NCBI GenBank assembly: GCA_032718475.1
Contig: JAUCBJ010001863.1
Location: 1-64,000, forward strand
Direction: 5' to 3'
DNA: 64,000 nt
Origin: Nemertoderma westbladi
Taxonomy: Eukaryota; Animalia; Xenacoelomorpha
The notes beneath the pieces are model-generated. The model saw only the letters and a program-made list of their open reading frames with translations. It was not told the origin of the DNA and did no database searches. Both the position numbers and the translations under genes were made by a program. Positions 24,088-38,001 of the stretch are shown here, one piece after another (position 1 is the stretch's first letter; each line of letters begins with the position of its first letter).

Positions 24088-26438
24088 TCCCTTGCCTCTG
24101 AGCTCCAACATATCCTTCCGGTGCTTTGGTGGTAGGCCCGATGATATTTGTGTGGTGGCGGAATTAATTTTGTTATTTTTGGTGCACATCTTTTTAATTT
24201 ATGATTTAAGATATTAATGATCAAATTGTTATTGTTCATAACTCTAATAAACTAAGTATATATTATATTACTGAACTGAAAAAAAAAAAAATCAATTAGA
24301 ATTAATTCTACAATAAACCCGATTAGTTAGTATGCAGACCACCGCGGCTGTATATAGAGATACAGACCCAGTTTAACTCTCATTTGGAACGTCAAGATAA
24401 CATCCTTTAAAGCTACATGCACCCCCCTCCAATTATAACTTTTCATCAACACCAGTATTGTAAATTAAAATACAGTAAATGTCACCATGTCTAATTAGTG
24501 TACTGTAGCATCTATTTAATTGTTAGCTATATAGGTCTACATATTTTATATACATTATTCTTATTTGTTTTTCTTCTTCTTGGATTGATTGCAGAGATGA
24601 CCCCCCCCCCTAGTAATATATATTTGGGGTCATCTCTGCAATCAATCCTAGAAGAAGAAAAACAAATAAGAATAATGTATATAAAATATGTAGACCTATA
24701 TAGCTGTAGCTATATATATATATATATAGTGTATGTAATGTAATATTTGTATACACATGTAGTCCTATTATTTGTGTATGTAATGTAATATTTGGGAAAT
24801 AAATATGTTGAATTGAAATTGAATTGACAGACTTGCTCCTACGGAAAATCTTGGAATGGAAGATCCAGTAAAAAACAACCGAATGCGAAATAAAGTAAAG
24901 ACATGCTCTGCATTAATTGAACTGCCAAGGTTAAGGAAATCACAAGGAATCACACCTTCTCTGGAGGTAAATATAATATTTCAGGCAGTAATTATTATAC
25001 TGTAGTGTACCAAATATGGCAGTCCTTGGCACCCATGTGAAGAATATAAGGTTTGCACTTTTAGGTCGAAATTTTATTGACATTTTACATATGAAGAATG
25101 TTTATATTTTTTAATTTCTCAATATTAAGGGGTGGGAGGTGGGTTAATACGAAGAAATTAAAAAATATAAAAATTCTTCATATGTAAAATGTCAATAGAA
25201 TTTCGACCGAAAAGTGCAAACCTTATAATCTTCTTATTCACGCCCTCACACGCCCTCACCCACCCTCACCCCCCCCCCCCCCCCCTTCAAAATTTTTTTC
25301 AAATTTTTTTTAAGATTTAATCTACAGCAGATTTTATTATCACGATTCCAAATTTGAAAACCGTTTAGCAAGATCTATTTAGTTCTCGAGTTATGGCTGT
25401 CTGTCCGTTTGATTGTCGGTCTGTCTCTCAGTATGTCTGTCCGTCAATAAAAAACATACAATCTCTCTAAAAAATTCCCTATACGGGTTGTCAGGTCGGT
25501 GACTTCAGTTCTGATGTCATTATTCAAATTTTGCCTCGTCGTTTCTGTCTATATGCCAGTCAGTCTGTCCGTCAAAATAAAACCGACAGCCTGACAGCCA
25601 AACAGACAATTTGAAAGTCATCAAATGTTAAACTGACACTCGAAATAAATTCTGCGACCAGCAAAATGACCTATAGAAAAACGTTTATATAGAAGGTGTG
25701 CCCTTTTATTATATTTGACGGACATATTGTCGGATAGTCAGATAGACCGCCAAACAGACATACAGACTAACTAGATTTCATTCAAAGTGAAACCTGACCT
25801 CAGAAATTCAAATCAACGACCATGAAAATCCCCATGACAAAAATCTGAGCATGGTTATGTTCTTTCTTGTTGCTAGAAAAGTATTGACAGACATTCTCAC
25901 ATATTAGCAGACAGTTTTTGCGCGGGAAGGTTCAGCCTTTAAAATCAATTATCTCAGAATGACATTTATCATTTTTAAAACACAACTACTCCTCCGCCAT
26001 TTTTCAACCAAATCTAATGATTTTTAGGCTCATTCGAAAGGGTTTCGGCAGTTCTTTAACATTTATCTTATAGAATTTCTTTAAAAAAAGGTTATTAGGT
26101 CGATAAAAGTAGCATATACTGTATATTCTCATAATTAGTTTAGGTGCTCTGTTATTACATAAATATTGCCATGGGGAATTTATATTAAAGAAGAAAAATT
26201 CAGTGATTTAGGTGGGGCCTTTATTTTCTCTTCAGTATCTAAGGGGTTAAACCAAACATAAACCAATAACCATATACAGTCGGGGTCTCAAAGTGCATCT
26301 GTTCTTTGAGAATTTCTCAAAGAACTAAAAGTGTCTCAAATTTCTAAAAGTGGTCCAAGAAAATGACAAAGTGTCCTCAAAGATTTCAAAGTAGTACTGT
26401 CAGTCATTTCATACAGTCCTGCCTGACGCTGGCTATGG

Positions 26439-26920
26439 TATGGGGTATATTAACTCTGACTATAGTGTAAAATATAAGTAATAAAAACCTCTATGAAACA
26501 ATAAAGATGCCTCCAAAAAATACTGCAGTAATAAATATTTGTTACTGAAAGTAAGAATTAAACTTACTGCAGTAATAAATAATTGTCTTTTTCTGCAGTA
26601 ACAAATAATTTGTTACTGCAGTAGAAATTTTTATTCAATTATTTATTAATATTGATTACTGCAGTATAAATTTTTATTCAATTATTTATTAATTTATTAA
26701 TATTGATTATTGCAGTAATAAATATTTGTTACTGCAGTAATAAATATTTGTTACTGCAGTAATAAATATTTATTATTGCAGTAATAAATATTTGTTACTG
26801 CAGTAATTGTTATATGTTACTGCAGTAACTAATTTAATACAGCAGTATTTTTTGTAGGTATTTTTATTGTTTCATAGAGGATTTTATTAATTTATATTTG
26901 GACTCTTTAGAGACGCCATA
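26439..26920. mobile_element. Foldback MITE with internal ~23-bp tandem repeats
   Basis: Inverted arms (cctctatgaaacaataaa / tttattgtttcatagagg) surround repeats of actgcagtaataaatatttgtt. Confidence 0.65.
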
Positions 26921-28570
26921 ATTGCGGGCTATCGGACTATGTTGGTATTTGTGTCATAGACAGTTTGTCTGTTGCTTGTAGTTTGTCTGTATCTATATTA
27001 ATGTATAGTGCTACTAGTATTGTTTAGCCCACGTGAACGCTGAATACCTTTACCAATGCATTTCAATGGTCAACCAGCCATACTTTGCCGCACTGTAAAT
27101 TGTGTTATACAAAGTAAAGAATAACGATAGAGGCAGGAATAAAGATAAATGATTCAAGCGCGCTAATTGGCTGTTCCCATAGATGTTTTAGGCATTGTTG
27201 GTGCGCAATGCATATGGTCAGAGCGACCGCCCAGTCTGCCAAAATCTATTATGTAATCAAATGGTACCACAAGCCAAGCAAAGCATGTGACAGTTCTTTC
27301 CGACTCTGCACCTGTTTGTTTGAAGGTCGCCGACCGTGGGTCGCTACTCACTAGCTTTGATTGATAGTTTAAACTGGGTGCCGCTTTGCCAGAAGATCCG
27401 CTTTGCGGATGTGTACCGCACACATCAATTGAATATAAGGCAAACATTTAAAATATGCTCAAATATAAACGCCAGCGGCAGGGGATATTTTAATATCTCT
27501 ATTAAGCTAAAACAACACAATATTGTAGCCGTTCTATCGTACTTGAAAGTCGAAAGCCTTTCTTAGTTTTTAAGAAGGAATTCTCGCGCTCTCGTCAACA
27601 TAGTTATCATATTAATTAAACAGTTAAGGTAGTACGGTTTGACCTGAGGTGACTAATGAAATGAATAACAAATGTTATTACAAGCCCAACAGGGCTTCTT
27701 TAGGTCATTATAATGAAACTGCGTATACACAGAGAAACTACAGTGCAGTTTCTCTTATATTAATTGTTAAGCTGATATTGTATTATGTTATTAAAATAAT
27801 CAATCTTGTCAAGCATTAATCTTGTTTCACTAATTATGTTTCATGTATTATTTGAATGAATGTTTTTTAGAAAGACTTTAGGGTGCCGTAAATTCAATTT
27901 GTACTTGCGACCGAAAACCCATCCCGTAATGACCTCAGGAACCTCAATTTGATAAATTAATGGGAATATAGCCCAGTAAAAAATGCACCGGTGTTGAGCT
28001 GACTGAAACGCCTTTTTGGTCACTGGCGATAATTCTATCAACATGTCCTAACCCGACAATAAGGAGATACCAGTGTAACTAACCAGTTTTGCACCATTCA
28101 GTACCAATTATGCGACATCGTAATACCGGTGACTAGAACCTGTTTTGTTCTGGTGGACTGGCGCCATTTATTCGCCATTCTAAGTTCAGCTACCCTCAGC
28201 GGCGTAACATTGTCGTATTTACACCTATGTATCACTGTTACAATAGTGGCAAGATACTGGTGTTTTTACACCAATGTATCGCCATTTTTAATAGTGGTGA
28301 TGGTGATATATATATTTAAAAATTACCACCATACAAGCGCCATTTTTTGCATTTTGTTTTGTGGGGGAGCCAGTCAATTCAGCAGGATGATGCTGACAAT
28401 TAGTCTGACTTTCAAAAAAATAGGATGTGGTTAACAAACATATTATTTTTGTAACAACATATATAACACTTTGTAATAACACTTTATAACCCATATAACA
28501 CATGTACCGGTAGCATTCCCAGTTTATGCATATGCATGTTTTAATACTTTGAAACTTGAAACTAAAAGTA

Positions 28571-28840
28571 CGGAGCCCCTAAAGGGACATGAAAAAAAAA
28601 TTATTATCTCAGGGCCCCGACTTATATAATAACTCGGGCCCTGAGATAACCAACCAATCAGTGAGATGAATTATCTCGGGCCCCGACTTATAACTCGGGC
28701 CCTGATCCTGAGATAACCAACCAATCAGTGCGTCTTACTGCGTGAGTTGGTTTTCACTGATTGGTTGGTTATCTCAGGAAAGTTAGTAAGTCGGGGCCCG
28801 AGATAAGAAAAAAAATGTTCGTGTCACTTTAGGGGCTCAG
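28571..28840. mobile_element. TA-flanked MITE
   Basis: ta|CGGAGCCCCTAAAGGGACA ... TGTCACTTTAGGGGCTCAG|ta, with internal inverted repeats. Confidence 0.75.
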
Positions 28841-29224
28841 TAAAAAAGACAAAAATTGCACGGAAAATACAGAACAGACAAGTCTCTGTTTCAATTCTAG
28901 TTGTTATAAATCTAAAAAAATAATTATTGGCTATAAATATCAAAAAATTTAACAGAATAGATATGTTAAAACCGTCAAAAAAGTAAAATTTAAAAATAGA
29001 GACTGATTATATGGGGAAAAATTTGAGCTTTTTATATTATGTATCTTGATACTAATTAAAACAAAGTTTGAAAGTGAAATTTTTTTCCATGGAATAAAAT
29101 GAGAGCATAAGCTAGGTTTCAAGGACACCTATGATTAAAAGAATAATATATATTAAAGATTTCTGAGCCACGCCACACGCTTTTATCAATATGTATATTG
29201 TATATACATTTTATTTATTTGAAG

Positions 29225-30453
29225 TTAAGTAGCGATGTCGTTAAGACTTTCCAATATAGATAGATCGTCGCCGTCGTTAGCCATTCGTCGGTTGTCTTTG
29301 CCCTCCGCCTCCACAGAAACCAAAGTAGAACACTCATCAAGATCTAACATCGATAGATCGTTACCGTCGGTAGCCGTTCGTCGGTTGGCTTTGCCCTCAG
29401 CCTCAACAGAAACCAAAATAGTACCCTCGTTAAGAACTGCCCCCAGTGAATCTGTAACTAAACAAATACAAATAATATAATACATACAAAAATAAATATT
29501 TACAACAAGGCATACATTCTATTAAATATAGCAATTAAACAGTATTACATCCAAATTTGTCGTTTATATTTACACAAACCTAGATAAGCCTTGGATGGAG
29601 TACGGCAATGATTCGGTGAAGATCGCGAAATTTCGCAAATGTTGTCGCGAAATTTTGTGTTTACGAATACTAAAGGTGGAGCTTTTGCAAAATTTGCGAA
29701 ATTTCATGATTTTCGCCGAAAAAATATTCAAAATCGCTGCCCTAATGCTTCGAAACTATATGAATAATGCAACTATATATAACGAATTACAATAGGCCTA
29801 CTAGGTTCAATCCCAGTAATGCATAAAATCATGTTTTAGTATAGACAAGTTATTAAACTAACCAGTTGTTTTCCTTTCATCAATAAGAGCCTTGTGTGCT
29901 TGTCGTAGTGCATTTTCGAATCCTCTCTCTGTATAGTCCGATCGGATACTAGTGCATGTGCGTAGAATTTCGAAAACACCCAACTTCTTATACGACACTT
30001 TATTGAATCTACCCGAAATATTACACAACTTGGCAAGCGGTCTGCTTACGAGGCGTTTCAGCTGCCTCTTAACTGCATTATTCAACGTATGAACACCAGT
30101 GCGGCGTAATGTAGTGGTTAAGTGGGGTTCTTGAATGATGAGTTGTAATTCCTCTACTGTATTGGCAGGTGGTAATTCACACACAATATTCTCATTTTCA
30201 AGATGATTACTGTTTCCATGAATGAGGCCACTACCGGTAGGCCTACCAATTCTTAATACTGAAGACTGTAAATTTTCAACCATGCCCTCTATCCTCTCAA
30301 TACGACCTGCCAAGCTTATTAACGAACTCTGATTCGATTTAGGAAGAGAAAACAAACTTTGCAGAATGTATTTAGAAGAACTGTTGTCACGCTCTTTACC
30401 GATTATTTCCTGGTTTGTAGTAAGTTTCAATTCGTTCAGTACTAGTGCCAGTG
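29225..30453 (-). CDS. DUF4806-like transposon accessory gene (5'-incomplete); exons ~30453-29863 and 29451-29225
   Basis: ELPPANTVEELQ...AVKRQLKRLVSRPLAKLCNISG..K.SY..L resembles DUF4806. Phase-1 donor G|gttagt joins acceptor ttacag|AT in frame (…KTT-D-SLGAVLNEG). Confidence 0.6.
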
Positions 30454-33400
30454 CTTTATATTTATAAAAATAATTATATATTTAATTATAATATTTTTAT
30501 TTAGGCCTATAATTAATATATTTATAGGCCTATTATTATCAATTGTTTATATTTTTTTTCATCTGGTGCAGCATTTCACAGATAGCTGGCACAGGATTTT
30601 TTGCACCTGGCGTGGCACGTGGCAGCGTGGCCTTGCACCGACAAACCGAGCCGGCGCAAGGTTTTTTTTCACCCGGCGTGGCTTTTCTTTCACAGAGCTG
30701 GCGCAGGATTTTTTGCACCCGGCGTCGCGTTCGGCGCAGGAAATTTCAACTTTTCAATAGGGCGCGGTAGGCCTACATAAATAATGAAAAAATTTATAAA
30801 GTGTTTTCAAATGGCAGAATGGGCATGGCAGCATGGTGCTGTGGTGTTTTATGCACCAAACAGATAGGCCTAAATAAATGGCAAATGTGGACTCTCAGAC
30901 CGGATAATCCCTGTCCCATTTTACCCCGTCCCCCGTCCCATTTTACCCCGCCTTACAGCCTTAGCTGCTTAGCCTAGAGGCCTGCTGTAGCAGTAGGCTG
31001 GTAGGCCTGTCCTGTCGGTGACCGCGACTGGTAGGCCTATTGCAGTATTGCTTGGCTAGGCCAAGCTGCCAATGCCATGAACCGATTACAAATTAGGCCT
31101 GCTATTTTATTATTATTATTTTATTACCGGTAGGCTATTTCTGTAGGCCTACCGGTACCGGTATTTACATTTACAATACACAGCAATATGCCCAGATGCC
31201 TACCGGATAACGGTACCGGTAGCGCGGTACAGAGGTAGGGCACATGCAAGGGCAGTAGGGTAAGAGCAAGCGGTAACTAATTGACTGCTGGAATGGCGAA
31301 AAATGCTGACATGTGCCACGCCGGGCAAAGTGCCAGAACAGCAGACAGGCAGAATCCAGAAGGCCCGGCACAGACAGACAGAGCACAGAGATGTGCTGCG
31401 CTGGTGCAGAATTGGCAATCAGGCTTAATACAGCGGTATTGATCCAGAGATCAATAACACCAATTCAGCATTTGCAATTCAATTGCCAATATCCAGATAT
31501 CAGAATCTGCCAATACTGCTATAGGCCTACTACATGCAGAATTCAGTACCATACCACCACCCTTATGCCTAAGTGCTTAAATTAAAGGCGGTAAAGTTTA
31601 TTGACCAATAGAAATTGATGACGATGTGGAGCCCCATGTGCGTTTTTCACTCAAATGCAGATCCCTATAAACTGGTATGCTTCGGCAATAGATACACCTC
31701 CAATTATAACTCATTATACACCAGTGGAAACAATATATTCTAACACTGGCGAATATGTGGTGTCATATATTAAATTTAGACAAACCAATTTCAGCGCCAC
31801 TTATTAACCAATTATACGCCAGTGGAAACCATATATTCTATCACTGGTGAATATATGTGGTATCATTTATAAAAATTACGGACAAATTCAAGTGCAGCGC
31901 CACTCATACACCTGACGCCATTCTACACCAAACGTACACCGATATACTGTAGCACTGGATCATTTTTTACTGGGTAGCTTCTATGCAACAACTGGCCAAC
32001 ACACAAGTATCACTTTGTTGCCCGCAATAATATTGTTCCCCGAGAATGCCTCTGCCTCTCAGTTAACTTACCACGAGCTGTCAATCAGGAATAACTATAT
32101 TATAATATTATATTATTAGGAATAACTAATTATTTTCTCAAAGAATTAAAAGTGCCGCAAACTACCTCAAAGTGACATTTCTCAAAGAATTCAAAGAATT
32201 CAAAGTGCCTAAAAGCAGGAAATCACTTTGAGATTCCCAACTAAAAGTGTCTACAAGAATTCAAAGCGGCCGTTGGGAGTAATGTAATGACTTTTAGACA
32301 CTTTTAGAAAAACTTTGAGAAAATCTCAAAGAACAGATGCACTTTGAGACCCCGACTGTATGTCTGTCCGTCAATAAAAAGCATACTATCTTTCTAAAAA
32401 ATTATCTGTAAGGGTTTTCGTGGTCGGTGACTTCATTTATGATGTCATAAATTAAATTTGGCCTTGTCGGTTCTGTCTGTATGCCTGTCAGTATGTCTGT
32501 CAAAATATAACCGACAGTCTGACAGCCAAACAGACAATTTCGAAGACATCAAATGTTAAAATTGACACTCGAAATGAATTCTGTGACCAGGGAACCCCTA
32601 TAGCTAAACTATTAGCAGCTAAATGGTGTGCCTTTTTCTTATATTTGACAGGCAGATAGTCGGATAGTCTGAAAGACCGACAGACAGACATACATGCACA
32701 CTAGATTTCATTAAAAGTAAAAACTGACCTCAGTAATGAAATCAGCGACCGGGAAAACCCCCACAGCAAAAATCTTATCATGGTTTTGTGCTTTCTTGTT
32801 ACAAGATATATTGACAGACATTCATTCACATATTATTATGATAATTAAAACTTACTTACTTACTGAAAAGTAAAGACGTGACACTGAAAATAGTGAAAGA
32901 TAAGAAGTGGTACTTGAAAAGTAAAAACTATTTCTTAGATTTCCACAAATAATAGAAAACTCGTGCAATGCAATATTTATCCAAAAATAGGCAGGCCTAT
33001 GCAAATATTAGAATAAAAGAATGCATTCTAAATTCATAAAAATTAACATTTATTTTTCTAATATAGAACCCTTATGAATCGTATAACGCGGGAAACAATA
33101 TGTCGCACAACAATTACTATTGGATATATTTACAAAATTTGGTGCCGGGCACCAAATTTTACACCCACCGCCAAAAAATGCGATTTTGAGATGTCTAGTG
33201 ACCCCAAGATGTCACAATCAATTTATCTATTTCAAGTATTTTCAAAAATTGGTGCTAGCACCAAATTTTCCACCCACCACCGAAAAATACAAGTTTGAGA
33301 TTTCTAGTGTCATTTTTAAAAATTTAATTACTTTCAGAATCGCCATAAACCAGTATAACGCAATATGTTAGTTAAACAATATGAAACAATATGTTACAAT

Positions 33401-34588
33401 CAATTCATCTATTGCAAGGATTTTCAAAAAGTGGTGCTACAGTAGCACCAAATTTTCGACCTACCGCGGAAATATAGAAGTTTGAGATGTCTCATGCCAT
33501 TTTTATATATTCCATGGAATTCATAACCCTCATAAAACCATACAACACAAGAATCAAGAAAACAATCATCTTTACAATTTGCCATATTATGTATATTTCT
33601 ATCCCCTTTATGCATGATGTTGCACTAGTGCAACAGTGGTGCAAAAAGTGCTAGTATATTTTTTAAAAAAAATTTCCCAATTTTTAGGTTTTTTACACCT
33701 AAATGACTGTGAAAAACACCAAAATAATTTTTTTCTATGGAGCATCAATAATTCATGCAGTAAAGGGTTAAGTTGTCAATCACCAAGTTATTATTATGAA
33801 AACAATAAAATAGGACATGGGGTCTTCTTCCCTCAGATACTACCTAGCATTTAGGGCCACTTGGGCCACTGTTAGTACTCAGGCACTAAGTTACCTGGCC
33901 TATACAGTAGCTATAGATTTATTGCATCCAATGGGAGTATTGTAATCAATAATAATTTTATGAAAGTTATATTAAAGACTTTCATATTTAAATATAAATG
34001 TTTTATATTGTAACTTTTGGCAAATTGAAATAATTTACTTTCTTACCCAGATTTCAGCGTTACGTAACGATTATTCCCGAACCCCCCCACCCCCTCTGTA
34101 ACAAAATAGTAACGTTTCAGGCAGACCCCTCCCCCCCTTCTGAGCGTTACGTAATATGTGAACAGCCCCTATGCTATATATCTACTATAACTGTATAATT
34201 CTATATCTAATATAATTATAGTATAATACTATAATTGAAACCGCTGAGTAATATATATAAACTCAAGTAATATATATAATCTTTAAACCCAGTACCAGTG
34301 TGGACAGAGTGTTTGTAGAACTGCGTGATGGTTATGGCTCCTCAGTTGCCCGTCTGAGCCGCTTTGTATATTATATCACACAATACAAATGTAATGACGA
34401 AAACATGTTGCAGAAGTGACTGCAGAAGTACTTCTCCTGGAACAGTCGACGAAAAGTTGGAAAAATCGGGATTCAGATCCCTTCTTGCGGAGGGGTCATT
34501 CGGTCCTCCCTATCTGGAACTACTGGGGTTCTTGAGGCGCTGACAACCGGTAGTCCCCTCAATCTAGCCAGTCATGGTGCATGTCTGG

Positions 34589-37393
34589 TAGGGTGTTACA
34601 AAAATCACTTTTTTGCCCCAATTGCTTGGAAACTTCGACATATTTTGCCATTTTAATATAGAAGTGCAATGCAAAAAACCGTTTTGAAAAAAAATTAGTG
34701 GGAGAGGTGTCAAACGAGTCACAAAATCTGAGAAATTTAACTAAATATACCAGTTTTAATTTACTGATAATTTTAGCGCTACAGTAGATGATTGCAATGA
34801 TCTGAAACTCATGTTATGTAATGCATATATCATGGGCTTTCCAATAACGTTTTTTGCCTTGTGAAATTGACAAGATCACATGTGTCACATTGAGTTTGAA
34901 AAATTGAATTTTTTAAAAAAATCTGATAAATTTAACAAAATATAGCAGTTTTAATTTACCGATAAATCTAGCGACAGATGATTGCAATGATCTGAAACTC
35001 ATGTTATGTAATAATACATTTATCATTTTTACAATTTCAAAATTGAAGATCTAAATGTATGAAAACTGAGTGTGTGAATCTCCTTACCAGTACTACGCAC
35101 CTACTTCATCTACTACTGTTACTCCATGACCCTTTTGCTTCATTCATAAAGGCCATGCAACAAAGTACTGAAGTACAGTAGGACAGTTTACTACAACAAC
35201 AACAGTACAATAATATTAAATTGCAGCATTTCCACAATTACATATAATTTAAAATTACAAATTTAATAATAGGTGATTTTGTTCAATTCGTGCAGTTAAA
35301 CCGGTCTGGTAGGCCTACTACCAATTTTTGGACGGAATACTGCCAATGTCGGAAGACTGCTAAAATCGGTAGGCCGGTACGCAGTCAGTAAGCCCGACTC
35401 AATGTGAGCAGTCAATGAAGAGAACAAACATTTGGCTCATCAACGCGACATCACCAGGAAGAAACTCGAGATGGAACAACACAAGGAGGCATTAATTCTA
35501 GAACAACAAAGACAGTTGGCTGCGGCCAAATCGCAACAGGAGGCCTATGAATTGGAGGATCGACAGCAAATGGATTGCTCAAGAACTCGAGCAGGCTCAA
35601 TCCCTGCTAAACAATGAGACGGCGCTGAGTCACTAATCAGCAGCCTGAACCATCGATTGTGCGCTTCAAAGAGATACATGGAGCCAACCCCATAGAAGCA
35701 CATCAACATTATGCGCAATAAATCTATAGACTGGTAGCCAAGGATTGGTTGGACCCAGTGGATGTTGGGACTCCTGGAAACCAGGTAAGTCACCCCGGAG
35801 GTTGCCATGAGCCCGAACCTAGAGATCAATTAGAACCAACCACATCTACGACCTCAAGTAGAGTCTGGTAAAGATTTGTGACTAACGAAGGCGATCAAGC
35901 CGAGTGGGATGGAGCTCGAGACTGTGAGCGGTTTAATCCAAGTCCTACTCCAGGTAAGCCCAAGATCCATATGTATAAATTAAATTTAGCAATTAGGGAA
36001 GGTAATAAGGAGGTGTGGGATGAAGTCATCCATAGAAAAAGGTAAAGTCCAACATATTCAGTCACAAGTCCAACAGGTACAGGGACAAGTTCAAACTGTA
36101 TGTAGTGTTGTGCAAGAAGTGTAGCAAAGAAATCAAAGAACGTCAAAGTGCAGGTGGATAAGGAGTTCGACCGTGTTAGGTGTAATATCCCTGAGGTCAA
36201 TGACCATGTAGAGCGAGCTCAACAGGAGAATGAAAAAGTTAGAGTACAGGAACAACAGAAGAACAAAAGAATGTCCTGAAGACTATCCCAAGTTTAAAAC
36301 ACCACAATTGCAATAATGCCCAGTTATAAATATTCAGACAGACTGACTATAGACCACCAGTCAGTGAGAAGGTAACCTATCACAGGACGAATTCGCGGAC
36401 TCGTCACACAGGTAAGTTATCCTACCCATCCGTTGGAACCGATTCCAACTGATGTCCAACAACGGGTAAGAAGGGAAGACAATACTATGGTCAACTCAAT
36501 CGCAGTGGAGTTTTTTAGGTTCAGTGCGAGACACAGTCTTCCTCCATTACATCCTCCGCACTTCACTGGTTTATCTAAACATTGGAGAACCTTCATCAAC
36601 TATATCAAGACCAATGTCGCACAACAGGATTTCTCACCGACTGAGAAATTCAACTACTTATACCAACAGTTGAGAGGTCAACTGAAGGAATTGGTGGTAC
36701 GTAATTTGTAATTAGGTAATTAGTAATTTGGTGTCATCACCTATAAACGTCGTTTATAGGTGATGACACTGAGGTGGCTTATGACAGGTTAGTTACTGTG
36801 TATGGCGGCAATGTAAAGATGGCCAGGTCAGTAATAGTTGAACTAACTCAGGGGGGACCAGCACATTCCCATATAGAATTAGTTAAGTTTTCAAACTCAA
36901 TGTGACACCTCTGATCTTGTCAATTTAAGAATGCAAAAAACGTTATTGGAAAGCCCATGATATATGCATTATGCATTACATAACATGAGTTTCAGATCAT
37001 TGCAATCATCTATCGCTAGATTTATCGGTAAATTAAAACTGCTATATTTTGTTAAATTTCTCAGATTTTTTTTAAAAATTCAGTTTTTCAAACTCAATGT
37101 GGCACATCTGATCTTGTCAATTTCACAATGCAAAAAACGTTATTGGAAAGCCCATGATATATGCATTACATAACATGAGTTTCAGATCATTGCAATCATC
37201 TATCGCTAGATTTATCAGTAAATTAAAACTGCTATATTTTGTTAAATCTCTCAGTTTTTGTGACTCGTGTGACATCTCTTCCACTAAATATTTTTCAAAA
37301 CGGTTTTTTGCATTGTACTTCTATATTAAAGTGTCATTATATGTCAAAGTTTCCAAGCAATTGGGGCAAAAAAGTTATTTTTGTAACACTCTA
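34589..37393. mobile_element. Foldback element with ~400-bp TIRs and TAG termini (hAT-like)
   Basis: TAGGGTGTTACAAAAAT... is mirrored by ...ATTTTTGTAACACTCTA. tgtctgg is repeated on both flanks (imperfect TSD). Confidence 0.7.
35330..36711 (+). pseudogene. BEL/Pao LTR-retrotransposon gag remnant (coiled coil + DUF1759-like)
   Basis: LPPLHPPHFTGLSKHWRTF...SPTEKFNYLYQQLRGQ matches the BEL gag DUF1759 pattern. An upstream E/Q-rich fragment lies at 35432-35617, and there are many stops. Confidence 0.7.
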
Positions 37394-38001
37394 AATTGTC
37401 TGGCCTCCAACTTGTCCGAGAGTAGCCTGATCCAGGATGCCACATCCGATGCGAGAATGGAGTCAGCCATCAAATCCATCAGTCCATCCCCACTGAAAAG
37501 TATTGTATCTAACAATATGATCATGGTGGTACAGCCCAATCTTACTTTTCTTAATTTTTTTTTCAATTACAATCTTAATTTTCTTTACATCAGTTAGGTT
37601 CTGTAAACTCCTCTTGAAAGATTCATATCAACTCAGCTTTGCTATTATCCTCTTATTTCCTCTTTGCTACTGTAGTTTACTGAAACCAATATCCATATAT
37701 TATTAGGCAACGGCTGGTATCCAATGAACCTTTTTAGTAGGAGAGTTTGTGTTGGTCTATCAGTCCGTTACTTATAATCAGAAAATAGACCAATTATTTA
37801 TTCATATAAACTGATCCCTTTGTTAACTTTGAGCTACTTGGCTTCCACTAAGCTTACAGCAGACAGTATCTAATGTGTACTGTAGGTGTGTATTAGTATT
37901 ACTTGTGTAGAAATATAGGGTATGTTTCTGTCATTATTAAAGTCATTCACAGAAGATTATATTTTCGTTTGTGTAATAAAATTATTTATCACAACTCTAC
38001 A

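Larger units (their letters stand above)
20085..24288 (+). mobile_element. Apparently full-length CRE-clade non-LTR retrotransposon (RT + restriction-like endonuclease)
   Basis: 14-bp TSD aaatcaattagaat (20071-20084 and 24289-24302), AATAAA at 24246 and an A-tail from 24279. The empty site is at 3498-3511. The body is GC-rich and encodes RT and RLE. Confidence 0.92.
27972..31974. mobile_element. CACTA/EnSpm-like DNA transposon deletion derivative
   Basis: tag|CCCAGTAAAAAATG ... CATTTTTTACTGGG|tag gives a 3-bp TSD. Short subterminal repeats occur at both ends, and there is an internal DUF4806-like ORF. Confidence 0.78.
26277..32358. mobile_element. Non-autonomous Tc1/mariner-like element with ~46-bp TIRs, hosting nested elements
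   Basis: ta|CAGTCGGGGTCTCAAAGTGCATCTGTTCTTTGAGA ... TCTCAAAGAACAGATGCACTTTGAGACCCCGACTG|ta. Confidence 0.8.

Noticed and set aside
20236-24239. Many overlapping alternative-frame and antisense ORFs in the CRE element
   Set aside because: These are shadow ORFs expected in GC-rich coding DNA and show no recognisable motifs.
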